Notes: generated from the letters alone by a model not told the origin. DNA of 47,597 bases from a virus (IMGVR_UViG_3300016662_000096:1-47597), one strand, 5' to 3'. Shown: positions 1 through 10,370, counted from the stretch's first letter. A program made the numbers and translations.

Positions 1-212
1 CCGATATATGTTTCATAACAAGCAATTGCTTTTGTCCCTGACAAAGTAAATGTATCACCATGACGAAGAGGCTTATTCCAATAAGGGATTAAAACTTCGG
101 CACTTTTAAGCTGCATAACAATATTTTCAAAAGAATTTGGCAAAGTTTGGCTGGCCAAAGCTACTTCATCAACCGTATTCACTCGAAAGGTGTATACGGG
201 TAAGTCGTTCAT
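1..212 (-). CDS. Partial hypothetical protein (runs off window), shares a domain with 454..2112
   Basis: Not in ORF track. ATG at 212 reads MNDLPVYTFRVNTVDEVALASQTLPNSFENIVMQLKSAEVLIPYWNKPLRHGDTFTLSGTKAI..., open to the edge. Matches LPEIKFRVKT...VWIPGWPYPLKHDDEFTLYGKAAI in 454..2112. Confidence 0.8.
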   Translation of the reverse strand, partial: MNDLPVYTFRVNTVDEVALASQTLPNSFENIVMQLKSAEVLIPYWNKPLRHGDTFTLSGTKAIACYETYI

Positions 213-216
213 ATTT

Positions 217-444
217 TTAATCTTTGGTTTCATCAGATTTCTTTAAATTTTTCCTTAATTCCGCTTTTGCCGCAATTTTTTTGACTATATCGTTTCCTTT
301 AACCATCTCATCTTCTTTTTTAACAGTTACAATCGTAACTGTTTTGTCAGGGTTTCTGCCAGAAAAGCGATAAACGATATTCGCCTTATTCATAGCAGAG
401 TCAAACAACCTCATTTTATCGCTGGGAACCTCAATATTGTACAT
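217..444 (-). CDS. Hypothetical protein
   Basis: 75 aa ORF with AGGA RBS, tightly packed between co-oriented genes. Confidence 0.7.
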   Translation of the reverse strand: MYNIEVPSDKMRLFDSAMNKANIVYRFSGRNPDKTVTIVTVKKEDEMVKGNDIVKKIAAKAELRKNLKKSDETKD

Positions 445-453
445 TTATTTCCT

Positions 454-2112
454 TTACTGTGTTAAAATTGCTTGTAATAGATCGTTCCACCCGCCATCTT
501 CGCCACCTTGAGGAGCGGCACCATACCAATCCCATCCAAGCACATAAATCTTGCCTTCTCCAAAAGAAATTTGAACACTTACTGATTCGTTTGCACTATC
601 ACCTGAATATAGTGTTTTAGAGTTTATGGGCAATGTAGATGTATCAATGCTATCCGTATCAGAATTACTTGGTAAGGTTGATGATAAGCCAGTATATAAA
701 GCAGAACCTATTGATGTTAAAGTGATGGGTTCGTTAACATCTCCTTCACTCATATTAAAATTAAAAATATCATTCAGAACATTTATTACATCGCCATTAC
801 CGGGGCAGAACATGACAAGATTGCCGCCATCGTGAACATAATCATGAATGGCCAGTCTTGCTGAAGATGAAAGACTTGGCAATAAATCGTCTCCCTCAAG
901 CTCTGGTATCAAAATGAATTTTGCAAGTCTTGAAACTGATTTCCATGAAGCTGCTGAAATATCTTCAAATGTTGAATGAGTGATTCCAACAGAGTTCATG
1001 TAAATGATTAAGTTATTCGCCTCATGGCTGGAAGATGAGCCGGGGTTAACGACATAATCTACAAAGTTATCATTGATAAGAATGAAAATTCCTTGTGGTT
1101 CTGTAACGATCTCCAAGACTGATCCGCCGGAATTTAACTGCGGTAATTTATTTTTTAAATCAATTGCAGCTTTGCCATACAAAGTAAATTCATCGTCGTG
1201 TTTCAAAGGATATGGCCAACCGGGAATCCATACGGTTTGATTCAAAAGTTGATTGATCAAATTGTCAACATTGCTATCAGGAGGCAAGGTACTGACAAAT
1301 GTCGCCGGGTCATATGTTTTCACTCTAAATTTAATTTCCGGCAAAGGATATTTTATTTGAGCTGAATAAATGGCATCCAAGAAACTTTGTGCAACTGCAA
1401 TTCTTTCAGATTCTGACATATAAGGGCTATCACTTCCATCCCCCTTGCAAAGGGATATGAAATAAATTTCTTTTATACCATCAAGACCTTGCAGGCAATC
1501 ATCGTCATATTCGGTGCTTGTATCGTAAAGATGCGTAATCCCTTCGCCGTTGCCGGGAACAAAAATGAAGTGATGATAGGAAGGGTCGTTGCTATTATAA
1601 ACTCCTTTGTAAAAAACCGTCCAAGTGCCGTTTCTCGTCAATTGGAAGCTTAATGCTTCGACTTCACCACCTCCATCTGCACCAATTTCTCCACAAACTG
1701 AAAATTCTGAAATACTAATTCCGGTCGCACCCATGACAAACAAGTCTGGATACATATTTGTGAAATACTTTGATCCTGTTCCAAAGTAATCGGTGCCATC
1801 TTCCACTAAACCGTTCATGGGAGGATTGGTATAATTACCATCCCCTTCTTCGGCAGCTTGGGTGTGAGTATAAGGAATTGCTAATGTGCCATCAACATTA
1901 TCTTCTTTAATATTGTCGTAGAGTTGCGTTAAATCTGTATTAAGGAAATTACCTGTGTCAAATATGTCTTGGCCACCGTCGCAAATATAATTGAATGCAA
2001 AACCACCTTCACCACAAAGTTCATCGCTAAAATAAAACGGGAATGAAATGTTTGCAATAATATTTGCATAATTTGTGTTGAGATTTTGCAAAACATTGTT
2101 AAGATCGTTCAT
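454..2112 (-). CDS. Acidic multidomain protein, possibly virion-associated; C-terminal class I GATase-like/DUF4350-like fold
   Basis: 552 aa, GAGGAG RBS. C-terminal LAIHDYVHDGGNLVMF and FGEGKIYVLGWDW pattern. Confidence 0.55.
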   Translation of the reverse strand: MNDLNNVLQNLNTNYANIIANISFPFYFSDELCGEGGFAFNYICDGGQDIFDTGNFLNTDLTQLYDNIKEDNVDGTLAIPYTHTQAAEEGDGNYTNPPMNGLVEDGTDYFGTGSKYFTNMYPDLFVMGATGISISEFSVCGEIGADGGGEVEALSFQLTRNGTWTVFYKGVYNSNDPSYHHFIFVPGNGEGITHLYDTSTEYDDDCLQGLDGIKEIYFISLCKGDGSDSPYMSESERIAVAQSFLDAIYSAQIKYPLPEIKFRVKTYDPATFVSTLPPDSNVDNLINQLLNQTVWIPGWPYPLKHDDEFTLYGKAAIDLKNKLPQLNSGGSVLEIVTEPQGIFILINDNFVDYVVNPGSSSSHEANNLIIYMNSVGITHSTFEDISAASWKSVSRLAKFILIPELEGDDLLPSLSSSARLAIHDYVHDGGNLVMFCPGNGDVINVLNDIFNFNMSEGDVNEPITLTSIGSALYTGLSSTLPSNSDTDSIDTSTLPINSKTLYSGDSANESVSVQISFGEGKIYVLGWDWYGAAPQGGEDGGWNDLLQAILTQ

Positions 2113-2171
2113 AATTTCTCCTCATAAAATTATATATTACTTTTTTTACCATTTCATCGCTTATCTAAAGT

Positions 2172-2639
2172 ATGGAAAATTTAGGCAAAGATTATTGGAA
2201 AGTGTGCCTTAAACCGCCTTATTCTCCCAGCGAGGAAGATGTCGAATATTTCAAGCATTTCCTTGTCGGTGGAACTGTTTTGGTCCTCGGATGCACCCAT
2301 GCTCTGTTGCCGATTTCAACGCATCAAATGGACATTGATCCGTGGTTCGATGGATCAAATGTAATTATTCAGGATTGGCGTGATAATAATCAGTTTTTTG
2401 ACAATATGATTGGCGATGGTGTATTTAATTTTTCCAATGAACTTACGGATTCTGTACTTGAAATGGCAAGAAAATATACAAAAAAACTTATTGTTAGAAG
2501 TTTTAAAAGAAAATTGCCCAAAATGATTATTGCTGATTACTTTCCCAAATTTAGCGATTTCCATATCGTGCCGTCAGTCATTTTAGAAAAAGAAAGTTAC
2601 AATTTTTTTGTTTGGAATTTTGATCATGCAAATCGTTGA
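2172..2639 (+). CDS. Class I SAM-dependent methyltransferase-like protein
   Basis: VLVLGCT motif-I-like segment, then DIDP and FDNMIGDGVFNF. Confidence 0.55.
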   Translation: MENLGKDYWKVCLKPPYSPSEEDVEYFKHFLVGGTVLVLGCTHALLPISTHQMDIDPWFDGSNVIIQDWRDNNQFFDNMIGDGVFNFSNELTDSVLEMARKYTKKLIVRSFKRKLPKMIIADYFPKFSDFHIVPSVILEKESYNFFVWNFDHANR

Positions 2640-3642
2640 TGAAATAAAAAAGCTCCTTAATTTTTTTGAAAAGTCTCAATGGACTTTTGAACCAAATTTT
2701 GATCTGGTCAAGGATATTCCAATCATGACCAGAAAAGACCTTAGAAATATAAAACAAAATAAAGGAATATACTGTTCTAGAAGTTCTGGCTCAACTGGCG
2801 AACCTGTTTCAGTTGAGAAAACACCAATGGATTATGTTTGGCACCTGTCAACAAACATGAGAGAAATTTTATGGCGCAAGTGGGATGTGAGCAAAAACCA
2901 AGCAGTAATTAAAGGTGCTATTCCTACAAAGCAGACTATTTCTTGGGGATTGCCAAGAGAAATTTTCCCCAATCAAGGCAAAATCTTTATGACTGGTTAC
3001 AGACCATCAAAAGAACTACAACAATGGATTGAAAGCGTTAATCCACATTATATTCATTGTTTGCCATCTATCGTAAAAACACTTGATTTATCTAAATTAA
3101 CAAATCTTTTGGACATCAAGGGAACTGGCGAACTCGGTGGTACTATGTATTCCTCCGAAGAATGTGGCACAATTGCCATACAATGTCCTGATAATAAAGA
3201 AAATTTTCATGTCATGGAAAATCAAATTGTTGAGGTTGACCATGATGGAGGCATCGTCATTACCACCATTACCAATCCATATATAAAAAGATATAAGCAT
3301 GGAGATCATGTTGAGTTAGGCACTTGCACATGTGGAAGAAAATTGCAGACAATCACAAAGATTCACGGCAGGGTGAGAAATATGTTTTCCATGCCTGACG
3401 GTAGCAAAAAATGGCCATTGATTGGTTCTAGAACTTTTCATGAAAAATACGGAATAGAGAAGTTCAAATGCATTCAATGGTCTTATACGAATGTTGAGTT
3501 GCAGATTGTTGCTCCTAAAGTTGATGAAGAGGCTCTTAAAAAAGAAGTTAAAGATTGTCTTGAAGCTGATGTTGATGTGGTCATTACTTATGTGGAATCA
3601 TTTCCTAATTATAAACACGAAGAATTCGTAAGCATGGTTTAA
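2626..3642 (+). CDS. Phenylacetate-CoA ligase (PaaK/CapK)-like adenylate-forming enzyme
   Basis: SRSSGSTGEP P-loop, YSSEECG, KRYKHGD, CTCGR, IHGRVRN. ATG at 2626 preferred over the TTG at 2608. Confidence 0.8.
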   Translation: MQIVDEIKKLLNFFEKSQWTFEPNFDLVKDIPIMTRKDLRNIKQNKGIYCSRSSGSTGEPVSVEKTPMDYVWHLSTNMREILWRKWDVSKNQAVIKGAIPTKQTISWGLPREIFPNQGKIFMTGYRPSKELQQWIESVNPHYIHCLPSIVKTLDLSKLTNLLDIKGTGELGGTMYSSEECGTIAIQCPDNKENFHVMENQIVEVDHDGGIVITTITNPYIKRYKHGDHVELGTCTCGRKLQTITKIHGRVRNMFSMPDGSKKWPLIGSRTFHEKYGIEKFKCIQWSYTNVELQIVAPKVDEEALKKEVKDCLEADVDVVITYVESFPNYKHEEFVSMV

Positions 3643-3645
3643 ATT

Positions 3646-4554
3646 ATGGCAAAATTTCATGTAATTACTTGTTTTTTTAATCCTTGTGGTTTCAAGAGTC
3701 TATTGCAGAATTATTTTATTTTCTCAAAACAATTAAGTCATCAAGGTGTGCCATTGCTCACGGTTGAATGTGCTTTTGGCGATCAAGATTATCAAATACC
3801 CAACTCAGAAGTTAGAGTCCGAAGCCAAAGCATTATGTGGCAAAAAGAAAGACTTCTTAATTATGGAATGAATTTTTTGCCGGATGATTGTGACTATGTG
3901 GCTTTCATCGATTGCGATGTGCTTTTTAGCTGCGATGATTGGCATAAAAAAGCAGTTGATGTTTTGGAAAAATATGATGTCGCCCAAATTTTTCAAAAGA
4001 TAGGTCATTTGGCCAAAGGTGAAAATAGTTGGGATGGCAAGGTAGTAGAGGATCATCATCCCGGTATTGCCTTTCAAGCAACAACAAATACAAATTGGTT
4101 GTGGAAGAGAAAAAAAAATGAACTGCCTTGGGCGCATCCCGGTTTCGGTTGGGCATTTCGGCGTGAATTTTTACAAGACATTGGCTTGTATGACAGAAGC
4201 ATTGTTGGTGGTGGGGATACCATATTAGCCGATTGTCTACTTGATGGTTTTTTTATTCATGATTTTGCTAAAAGATACAGTCCAAGGATGATTTGTGATG
4301 TCATGAAATATTGTAAAAAATTTAGAAATAAAAAACCGTTGCTGGGGTATGTGCCAGTCCAAATTGGACATTTGTATCATGGATCACTTAATTCTAGAAA
4401 TTATGTAGCACGAACAAAAATTTATAATTATTTCGATTTTGATCCCGATACTGACATCAAAATATGCGACGGCGTTTTTGAATGGAACTCTGAAAAACAT
4501 GAAATGCATGATTGCTTAAAAGAATACTTTTTATTCAGGAAAGAAGATTTATGA
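3646..4554 (+). CDS. GT-A fold glycosyltransferase
   Basis: MWQKERLLN, IDCDVLF (DxD), HPGFGWAFRR, GGGD, HLYHG. Confidence 0.75.
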   Translation: MAKFHVITCFFNPCGFKSLLQNYFIFSKQLSHQGVPLLTVECAFGDQDYQIPNSEVRVRSQSIMWQKERLLNYGMNFLPDDCDYVAFIDCDVLFSCDDWHKKAVDVLEKYDVAQIFQKIGHLAKGENSWDGKVVEDHHPGIAFQATTNTNWLWKRKKNELPWAHPGFGWAFRREFLQDIGLYDRSIVGGGDTILADCLLDGFFIHDFAKRYSPRMICDVMKYCKKFRNKKPLLGYVPVQIGHLYHGSLNSRNYVARTKIYNYFDFDPDTDIKICDGVFEWNSEKHEMHDCLKEYFLFRKEDL

Positions 4555-5429
4555 TAATACAATTTCCCTTAAATGATAATCCATACAATCAAAAAAAATT
4601 GTGGTACGCAGAAAAGCTACGACCAAGTTCAATGACAGGTGTGACTTTGTTGGAGCCGGATTTATTGGTTTGCTCTTCTTATTGGATGCGTGAAATTTAT
4701 TTGGTGAAATTTGATGATGAAAAATATGAAATTTTAGATAAACAAAGTACTCTATCAAATAATAAGCCGACTCAAACAGAACTTCTTGATTCATTTAAGA
4801 CTTTGGATGGTTACAAGGTAATCGCAAGCAATTTTAGCAACCATCCTCTTTCATGCTATGAAGTAAAAAACAACAAGATAAAATTTTTGAATTCTTTTCC
4901 AAATATTGAATTGGGGATATGTCATGGTGTCAAAATTTATTCGCATGATAAAATTTTTGCAGCCGTATCTGGTTGTTCAAATCCTAACAAAGGAATATAT
5001 GGTTTTAAGGATAGTGTATCAAAACCATATTTTCACTTGATACACAATTGGTTATGTAAGGATTTAGGATTTTTGGATGACAGCAGAATGGTCGTTTTGA
5101 CTTGTAGTAGCGCACCAAATGAAAACCAAAAAAGAATTTATGACACAGCACTCGAAGTCTATGATATAACAAAAAATTCAAAAATTATTGACAGGATTGA
5201 ATTTAAAAACACACATGCAGATTCAATTAAAATTGTAAACAATGATATTTTTGTTACTGTTGAAGAAGTAGAAACTAATGGAAGTGTTTGGAAATTTAAA
5301 TTTGATAGCAAGTTGCATTTTATTGAAAAAATCGGGCAATACAGTTTTCCACACGGAATAGATGTAAAATTCGGTTTAATCGCTGTTACAGAATATGGAA
5401 ACAGCACAGTTGTAATATCTAAAATTTAA
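4551..5429 (+). CDS. Beta-propeller-like hypothetical protein
   Basis: ATGA overlap with upstream stop. Repeated blade-like CHGVKI, HADSIKI, FPHGIDV...EYGNSTV. Confidence 0.55.
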   Translation: MIIQFPLNDNPYNQKKLWYAEKLRPSSMTGVTLLEPDLLVCSSYWMREIYLVKFDDEKYEILDKQSTLSNNKPTQTELLDSFKTLDGYKVIASNFSNHPLSCYEVKNNKIKFLNSFPNIELGICHGVKIYSHDKIFAAVSGCSNPNKGIYGFKDSVSKPYFHLIHNWLCKDLGFLDDSRMVVLTCSSAPNENQKRIYDTALEVYDITKNSKIIDRIEFKNTHADSIKIVNNDIFVTVEEVETNGSVWKFKFDSKLHFIEKIGQYSFPHGIDVKFGLIAVTEYGNSTVVISKI

Positions 5430-6109
5430 AGGATTTTGTTGCAAATTCTAATGTCTTCTGTTGATTTGTTTCTTTTAATCACAGATTCACATTTTTGGTC
5501 ATATGCGTAAATACCGTTTTGAATTTGAGTAAAAATGTCTGCTCTCATGTATACATCAATGCTTTTGTTGATCCCGTTCACAAGCACACTTGACAACAAT
5601 CTTCTTGCTATGAATGGATCAATACTATAAGCGTGTGATCTTCCCAAACAACGAAATCCTTGCCATTGCAACATCATCGCAATTGGAGAAGATTGAAAAT
5701 TATTTTCCACTTGTTCATGTGATCCAAGATATACGATTATGTTTACTGCTGGATGTTGCGTGACAGCTTGCAACATAATTGCGTCATGTTCCAAAATTAC
5801 TATTGGCTTATCAAGTTCGGCACACTCTGCCCATAAACTCACATGTGTCAAAAAATTTGCTATTTCAGATTTGTCTAATGTTGGATTAGAGCATTTAATC
5901 CATTTCAACCAACTACGATCAATCAAATGTTCTGGCGTTTTGATTTCCTCACCAGTGCCATCAAATGCTGGCCATAATTTATACTTCATTCCGACATCTT
6001 CACAGCTTCTGACGCAGTGATCTTTATACTCAACAGATTTGGCATTATTTGGTAAATAATTGATGTAAGCATAATCCACATCAATCGAATATGTGTAATG
6101 AAGGTTCAT
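5426..6109 (-). CDS. Glycosyltransferase family 25-like
   Basis: AFDGT, HVSLW..C, IVILEHDA, HAYSIDP. Paralog of 6106..6789. Confidence 0.75.
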   Translation of the reverse strand: MNLHYTYSIDVDYAYINYLPNNAKSVEYKDHCVRSCEDVGMKYKLWPAFDGTGEEIKTPEHLIDRSWLKWIKCSNPTLDKSEIANFLTHVSLWAECAELDKPIVILEHDAIMLQAVTQHPAVNIIVYLGSHEQVENNFQSSPIAMMLQWQGFRCLGRSHAYSIDPFIARRLLSSVLVNGINKSIDVYMRADIFTQIQNGIYAYDQKCESVIKRNKSTEDIRICNKIL

Positions 6110-6789
6110 TTTATTTTACTCTTCTCTGGTATTGTTGTTTTGTCAGGAATGTCCATTGCAAAGATGCCAAATGACAACATGGCGAATTTATTTAAACTGA
6201 TTTGAACATCTGCTGATGTGAATATGCCTTTTTCTATGATCATGCTTACAAGATTTTTAGCCATGAAAGGGTCTATGCTATAAGCGTGAGTCCGCAACAA
6301 ATGTCTATAGTCTGGATTAAGTTGGGCATGAGGAGGAATCATGCTCCAATAGTTGTTTCTTACTTGCTCCTGACATCCTAAATAGATAATTGCATTTACT
6401 GCCGGATGTTCAAAAAATGGTTTTAACATTACAGCATCATGTTCGAGAATAATGATGGGTTTATTTTGCTCGATGCATTTGCACCAAAGCGAAAAATGAC
6501 TTAATACACAACATATTTCCGGTTTGGTTAATTCGTGATTTACAACTCTTAGCCACTTGAGCCATGTGGCATCACGACATTGTTCCGGCACTTTAATGCC
6601 ATTCACGCTTTCATCTGTTCCATCAAAAGCATCGTAGATTTCTGCTGGTTGGCCAACCTTATTACAGGATGCCAGACATCGTGCGGCAAGCCTCTCAGAT
6701 AGTTCATGCCCCTTGATCGTTATGATGTAAGCTTTATCAATTTCAAGGTCGTATTTCGGAATTAAAGTCTCATTGAGAATATCCATCAA
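6106..6789 (-). CDS. Glycosyltransferase family 25-like
   Basis: KAYIITI, AFDGT, CVLSHFSLW, IIILEHDA, HAYSIDP. Confidence 0.8.
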   Translation of the reverse strand: MMDILNETLIPKYDLEIDKAYIITIKGHELSERLAARCLASCNKVGQPAEIYDAFDGTDESVNGIKVPEQCRDATWLKWLRVVNHELTKPEICCVLSHFSLWCKCIEQNKPIIILEHDAVMLKPFFEHPAVNAIIYLGCQEQVRNNYWSMIPPHAQLNPDYRHLLRTHAYSIDPFMAKNLVSMIIEKGIFTSADVQISLNKFAMLSFGIFAMDIPDKTTIPEKSKIK

Positions 6790-7577
6790 AACACCAAATT
6801 AAATTTGTTATAATAATCAACAAGGAACGATCCTAAGATTTCTCTAGGATTTCTGCTCACTTTTTCTAACTTTGGTCTTATATTATGTAAATTTTCAAGA
6901 CCCCAAGCGGCATCTTTCTCTTCTGCACAATGGTTTTCAATATTATCAAATGAATGATTTTTATATGGCTCAATTTCTAAGAACTTGTAGATTTCCATCA
7001 AGGTTTTTTCCGGTTTATTGACGAGCCTGTCATAGTCAACGACAAACAAATTTTCTTTATGATTTTTTAATCCATAAGTCATGCTTTTATATGGGTCTTG
7101 AATATATTCATCCCAAAGACATTTTGCACGGTTGGTTGTGTTAATTGGTGTATTTCTTGATTTTAAAGTGTTGTCAATAAAATTATCTGATTGTTTATTT
7201 TTTTCAATAAGTTGAATGTATGAACAAATGATTTCTGCTATTGGCCTGACGGAGCAAAGAACTTTTGGATTTGGATTGATGAATTTTTTAATTGGCACAA
7301 TGTTTTTGGGATGGCCACGATGTTTGTCAAGAATGTATTTGGTTTTGATGTGGCTATAAAAACTTGTGACTATGCCTCTGTACACATTATCGGTAATCAC
7401 TTCTTTGTCGTAAGTATATTTTTGATCTATTGCATTAAAAGCCTGATTTGTAAAACACAGCAGGTCAAGAAAAGGGCTGGTTGGAGTGGCTGTAAAATCT
7501 GGGTTTTGTCCCATAAGGGAACCGAGTAATGTCGATCCTGATCTAGGCAGTCCAGAAAGAAAAAATATATCAGCCAT
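6786..7577 (-). CDS. Sulfotransferase
   Basis: 5'-PSB motif SGLPRSGSTLL, R..AEIICS, YDRLVNKP...IYKFL. Confidence 0.85.
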   Translation of the reverse strand: MADIFFLSGLPRSGSTLLGSLMGQNPDFTATPTSPFLDLLCFTNQAFNAIDQKYTYDKEVITDNVYRGIVTSFYSHIKTKYILDKHRGHPKNIVPIKKFINPNPKVLCSVRPIAEIICSYIQLIEKNKQSDNFIDNTLKSRNTPINTTNRAKCLWDEYIQDPYKSMTYGLKNHKENLFVVDYDRLVNKPEKTLMEIYKFLEIEPYKNHSFDNIENHCAEEKDAAWGLENLHNIRPKLEKVSRNPREILGSFLVDYYNKFNLVF

Positions 7578-8952
7578 CTTTTTCCAGTAAGTTTTTGAGT
7601 TCTTGCATAGGTTCAGCCCAACTATGCGGTTTTTGCTGTCTTAGAACAAATACATTGTCTCCGTACCAAGGGCTTTTTTCTGTTGGATGGCACCAAATGT
7701 AATATGTTGAAATAGGAACAAAAACAAAGACTTTTTTGCCTTGGGATGCAGCCATATGGGCAATACTTGTGCATGATGTGATTACAAAGTCCAAATTGCT
7801 AATCAAAGCAAAAGTATCTTCAATGCTTTCTAAATTATTGCTTAAGTCAATCAAATTTGGAAAATCAGATGTTTCTTCAACTCCGTCATCTTTTTGCAAA
7901 CTAATGTAATCTGCGTCAAAATCTTTCAAAACAGAATAAAGTTCTTTAAGTGGATAGGATCGTCGTAAATCTTGTTCGTAATGTTTGCTTCCACGCCAGC
8001 GCAAACCAATTTTTTTCTTAGAGCCGTTTAAAATCCATTTTGCTTTATGGTCTGGGCAAGTTTGTAAGTATGGTCCTTGCCAAAGTTCTTGTGGTTGAAG
8101 ATCGAGATAAATTGGCAATTGCATGGAATATGTCCACATCAGGTTAGGCACATGAGCAACTTCATCTAAATTTTCAATGATGTTGTAGCCGTTTTTGGCA
8201 AATAGATGTGATAAACCCGGTCTGTCATTCTTTTTTCCGGTTTGGGTTGCTGTGTACCACCAAGCATTGATTCCACGATCTTTTAAATGCTTCATAAATC
8301 TAATGTTGATTATTTCGTCTCCAATTCCTGCTTCTGCAAACACAACAAGATTCTCAACATCTGGCGACCCTTGCCAAAATGGTAAGTCCAACGCAATTTT
8401 TTTTCTCCATTTTCTATTCTCAAGACCATTCAGAAGGGTTTCTCTTAGTCCTTGCTGAAATTTGCCTTCTGCAATGTGATATGTTCCTAAATTAAATTCG
8501 ACTTTTTCCCTCACATCGGGTGTAATTTCTGGATCGATAAATGCTTCTTCAAGTATTTCTTGGGCTTCTTTCTTGCGATTTAGAAGGTATAAGGTGTAAG
8601 CCTTATTCAGGGCTAATTCACGACTTGGGATGATTCCTTCGTTGAACTTGATATAGGCAAGAGCTTCTTGCGGTTTATTTGCGGTATTGTAAACATTGAT
8701 AAGATTGTTTCTTGTTACAACCGTGTGTTGCGGAGTTGGTGCCGAAGCTAATGCCTTTTTGCCGAAAATAATTGATTTATCCAACTCGCCTAATTTAAAG
8801 TAACATTTGGATAGGTTTTCAAAGTGACCAAAAATAACTGCTGTTTCTCCAAATGCGTCCAAACATTGGATTCCTAAATCTTTTTTGCCAATTTTTTGCA
8901 ATGCAATGACAAATGGTTCTAAATCGTTGATGCCTTGAGTTTCATTTTCCAT
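7570..8952 (-). CDS. TPR-repeat protein with C-terminal GT9/GT-B glycosyltransferase domain
   Basis: N-terminal TPR-like helices, AEAGIGDEI, IGLRWRGS, SLQK, LDFVITSCTSIAHMAASQGK. Confidence 0.8.
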   Translation of the reverse strand: MENETQGINDLEPFVIALQKIGKKDLGIQCLDAFGETAVIFGHFENLSKCYFKLGELDKSIIFGKKALASAPTPQHTVVTRNNLINVYNTANKPQEALAYIKFNEGIIPSRELALNKAYTLYLLNRKKEAQEILEEAFIDPEITPDVREKVEFNLGTYHIAEGKFQQGLRETLLNGLENRKWRKKIALDLPFWQGSPDVENLVVFAEAGIGDEIINIRFMKHLKDRGINAWWYTATQTGKKNDRPGLSHLFAKNGYNIIENLDEVAHVPNLMWTYSMQLPIYLDLQPQELWQGPYLQTCPDHKAKWILNGSKKKIGLRWRGSKHYEQDLRRSYPLKELYSVLKDFDADYISLQKDDGVEETSDFPNLIDLSNNLESIEDTFALISNLDFVITSCTSIAHMAASQGKKVFVFVPISTYYIWCHPTEKSPWYGDNVFVLRQQKPHSWAEPMQELKNLLEKDG

Positions 8953-8983
8953 TCTCTAATCTAGTATCGAAAAAACAAAAGGG

Positions 8984-10350
8984 TTGGTAACAGTTGCAAA
9001 AAATCTACCTAAATCTACTTAAAACTTTTCAAAAAGTCAATAATTTTTAGGATATACCCCGAAAAATTTTAATGAGACACACTATATAAAGGTATGCTTT
9101 TAGTTGAAAGACACCAAATTGAAGCTACAACACAAATTGTAGAACTTTGCAAAATTAGCAAAGAACTCTACAATAAATGTAATTATCACATGAGAAAAAG
9201 ATGGTTTGCTAATCTAAAATCAAATGATTGGTCAATTCAACTTCCTGATATCAATGTTTTAATTGGTTTAGTTCAAAATGAAGCAAGTTTTAAAAACTTA
9301 CATAATACAAAAACAGCAAAACAAACTGTAAGAAAGGTTTTAAGCGATTGGAGTAACTTTAAAAGAGCTATTTCTGCTTTCAATAAAGATGCTTCAAAGT
9401 TTGTGAAAAAGCCAAAGCCGCCATATTACAAAAAAGAACTTGCTCAAGTTATTTTTTACGATGAAACAATCAAGAAGAAGCCTTTGAAGCAAGGAATAAT
9501 TACACCAACAAATGGTTGTTTTTCAATTAAAAGCAATCGGAAATTCAAACAAGTAGTAATAACACCCAAACGATTTGGGTTTGTTGTGGATGTTCAATAC
9601 GAAAAGGAAGTTCCACATAAAAGCAAAGAAAAAGGAGTGGTTTGCATTGATTTGGGATTAAATAATCTTGCTGCGATAACTTCAGACCAATTTTCTCCAA
9701 TACTGGTCAACGGTCGTATAATCAAGAGTATCAATCAATGGTTTAACAAAAAACCAACCCAAAAGAATAGCAGGAAGCGTCATTGGCGATTAGAAAACTA
9801 TTTCCATCATGTTTCAAAAATGATTATTGAATTGTGTCAAAAACACTATTGTGGAACAATCATTATTGGAAAGAATGATGGATGGAAACAAGAAATGAAT
9901 CTTGGTAAAAGAACAAACCAGAATTTCCAATCTGTGCCTTTTTATAATTTGATGCAAAAGATCAGTTATAAGGCTATGATTGCTGGAATTCGTGTTGTAT
10001 TCACCGAAGAATCATATACAAGTAAAGCAAGTTTTCTAGATCGTGATCCCTTGCCAAACTATCAACAAGGATTAAATCGTGTTTTTAGTGGCAAAAGAGT
10101 TAAAAGAGGTTTATATCGTGCTGCTAATGGAACAGTAATCAATGCTGATATCAATGGTAGTGCGAATATTGGGAGAAAAGTAATCAGGGACAATGATATA
10201 CTCGTTGGACTTGATAGGAGCGTTGCCGCAACGCCTGTGTTAATCAACCCATTAAGGTTTTTGCGTAAAACGGCAGAAACTGGCTTGATTAAATCAAACC
10301 TAATTGCTTAAATTACTCATGAGTAGATTTAAGTAGATTTTTAGGAACGG
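8984..10350 (+). mobile_element. Non-autonomous IS607-like TnpB element (no tnpA)
   Basis: Tandem AAATCTACYT 10-mers at 9001-9020 and their inverted copies at 10321-10340 (25/30 match over 8991-9020 vs reverse complement of 10321-10350). GG(TT) occurs at both junctions. Confidence 0.7.
9094..10311 (+). CDS. tnpB: RNA-guided endonuclease TnpB (IS200/IS605/IS607 OrfB)
   Basis: RuvC-I CIDLGLNNLA, RuvC-II region TEESYTSKASFLD, RuvC-III INADINGSANI, SGKRVKRGLY. No CxxC zinc finger. Confidence 0.92.
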   Translation: MLLVERHQIEATTQIVELCKISKELYNKCNYHMRKRWFANLKSNDWSIQLPDINVLIGLVQNEASFKNLHNTKTAKQTVRKVLSDWSNFKRAISAFNKDASKFVKKPKPPYYKKELAQVIFYDETIKKKPLKQGIITPTNGCFSIKSNRKFKQVVITPKRFGFVVDVQYEKEVPHKSKEKGVVCIDLGLNNLAAITSDQFSPILVNGRIIKSINQWFNKKPTQKNSRKRHWRLENYFHHVSKMIIELCQKHYCGTIIIGKNDGWKQEMNLGKRTNQNFQSVPFYNLMQKISYKAMIAGIRVVFTEESYTSKASFLDRDPLPNYQQGLNRVFSGKRVKRGLYRAANGTVINADINGSANIGRKVIRDNDILVGLDRSVAATPVLINPLRFLRKTAETGLIKSNLIA

Positions 10351-10370
10351 TTTGGTTTTTTATAACCAAG
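10190..10370 (+). ncRNA. Predicted TnpB omega/reRNA (scaffold overlapping tnpB 3' end and right end; guide about 10351-10370)
   Basis: Inferred from the established TnpB architecture and the mapped right end. 5' boundary approximate. Confidence 0.45.

Noticed and set aside
9094-10311. Cas12f/CasPhi effector
   Set aside because: No adjacent array; IS-type ends and typical TnpB motifs explain it.
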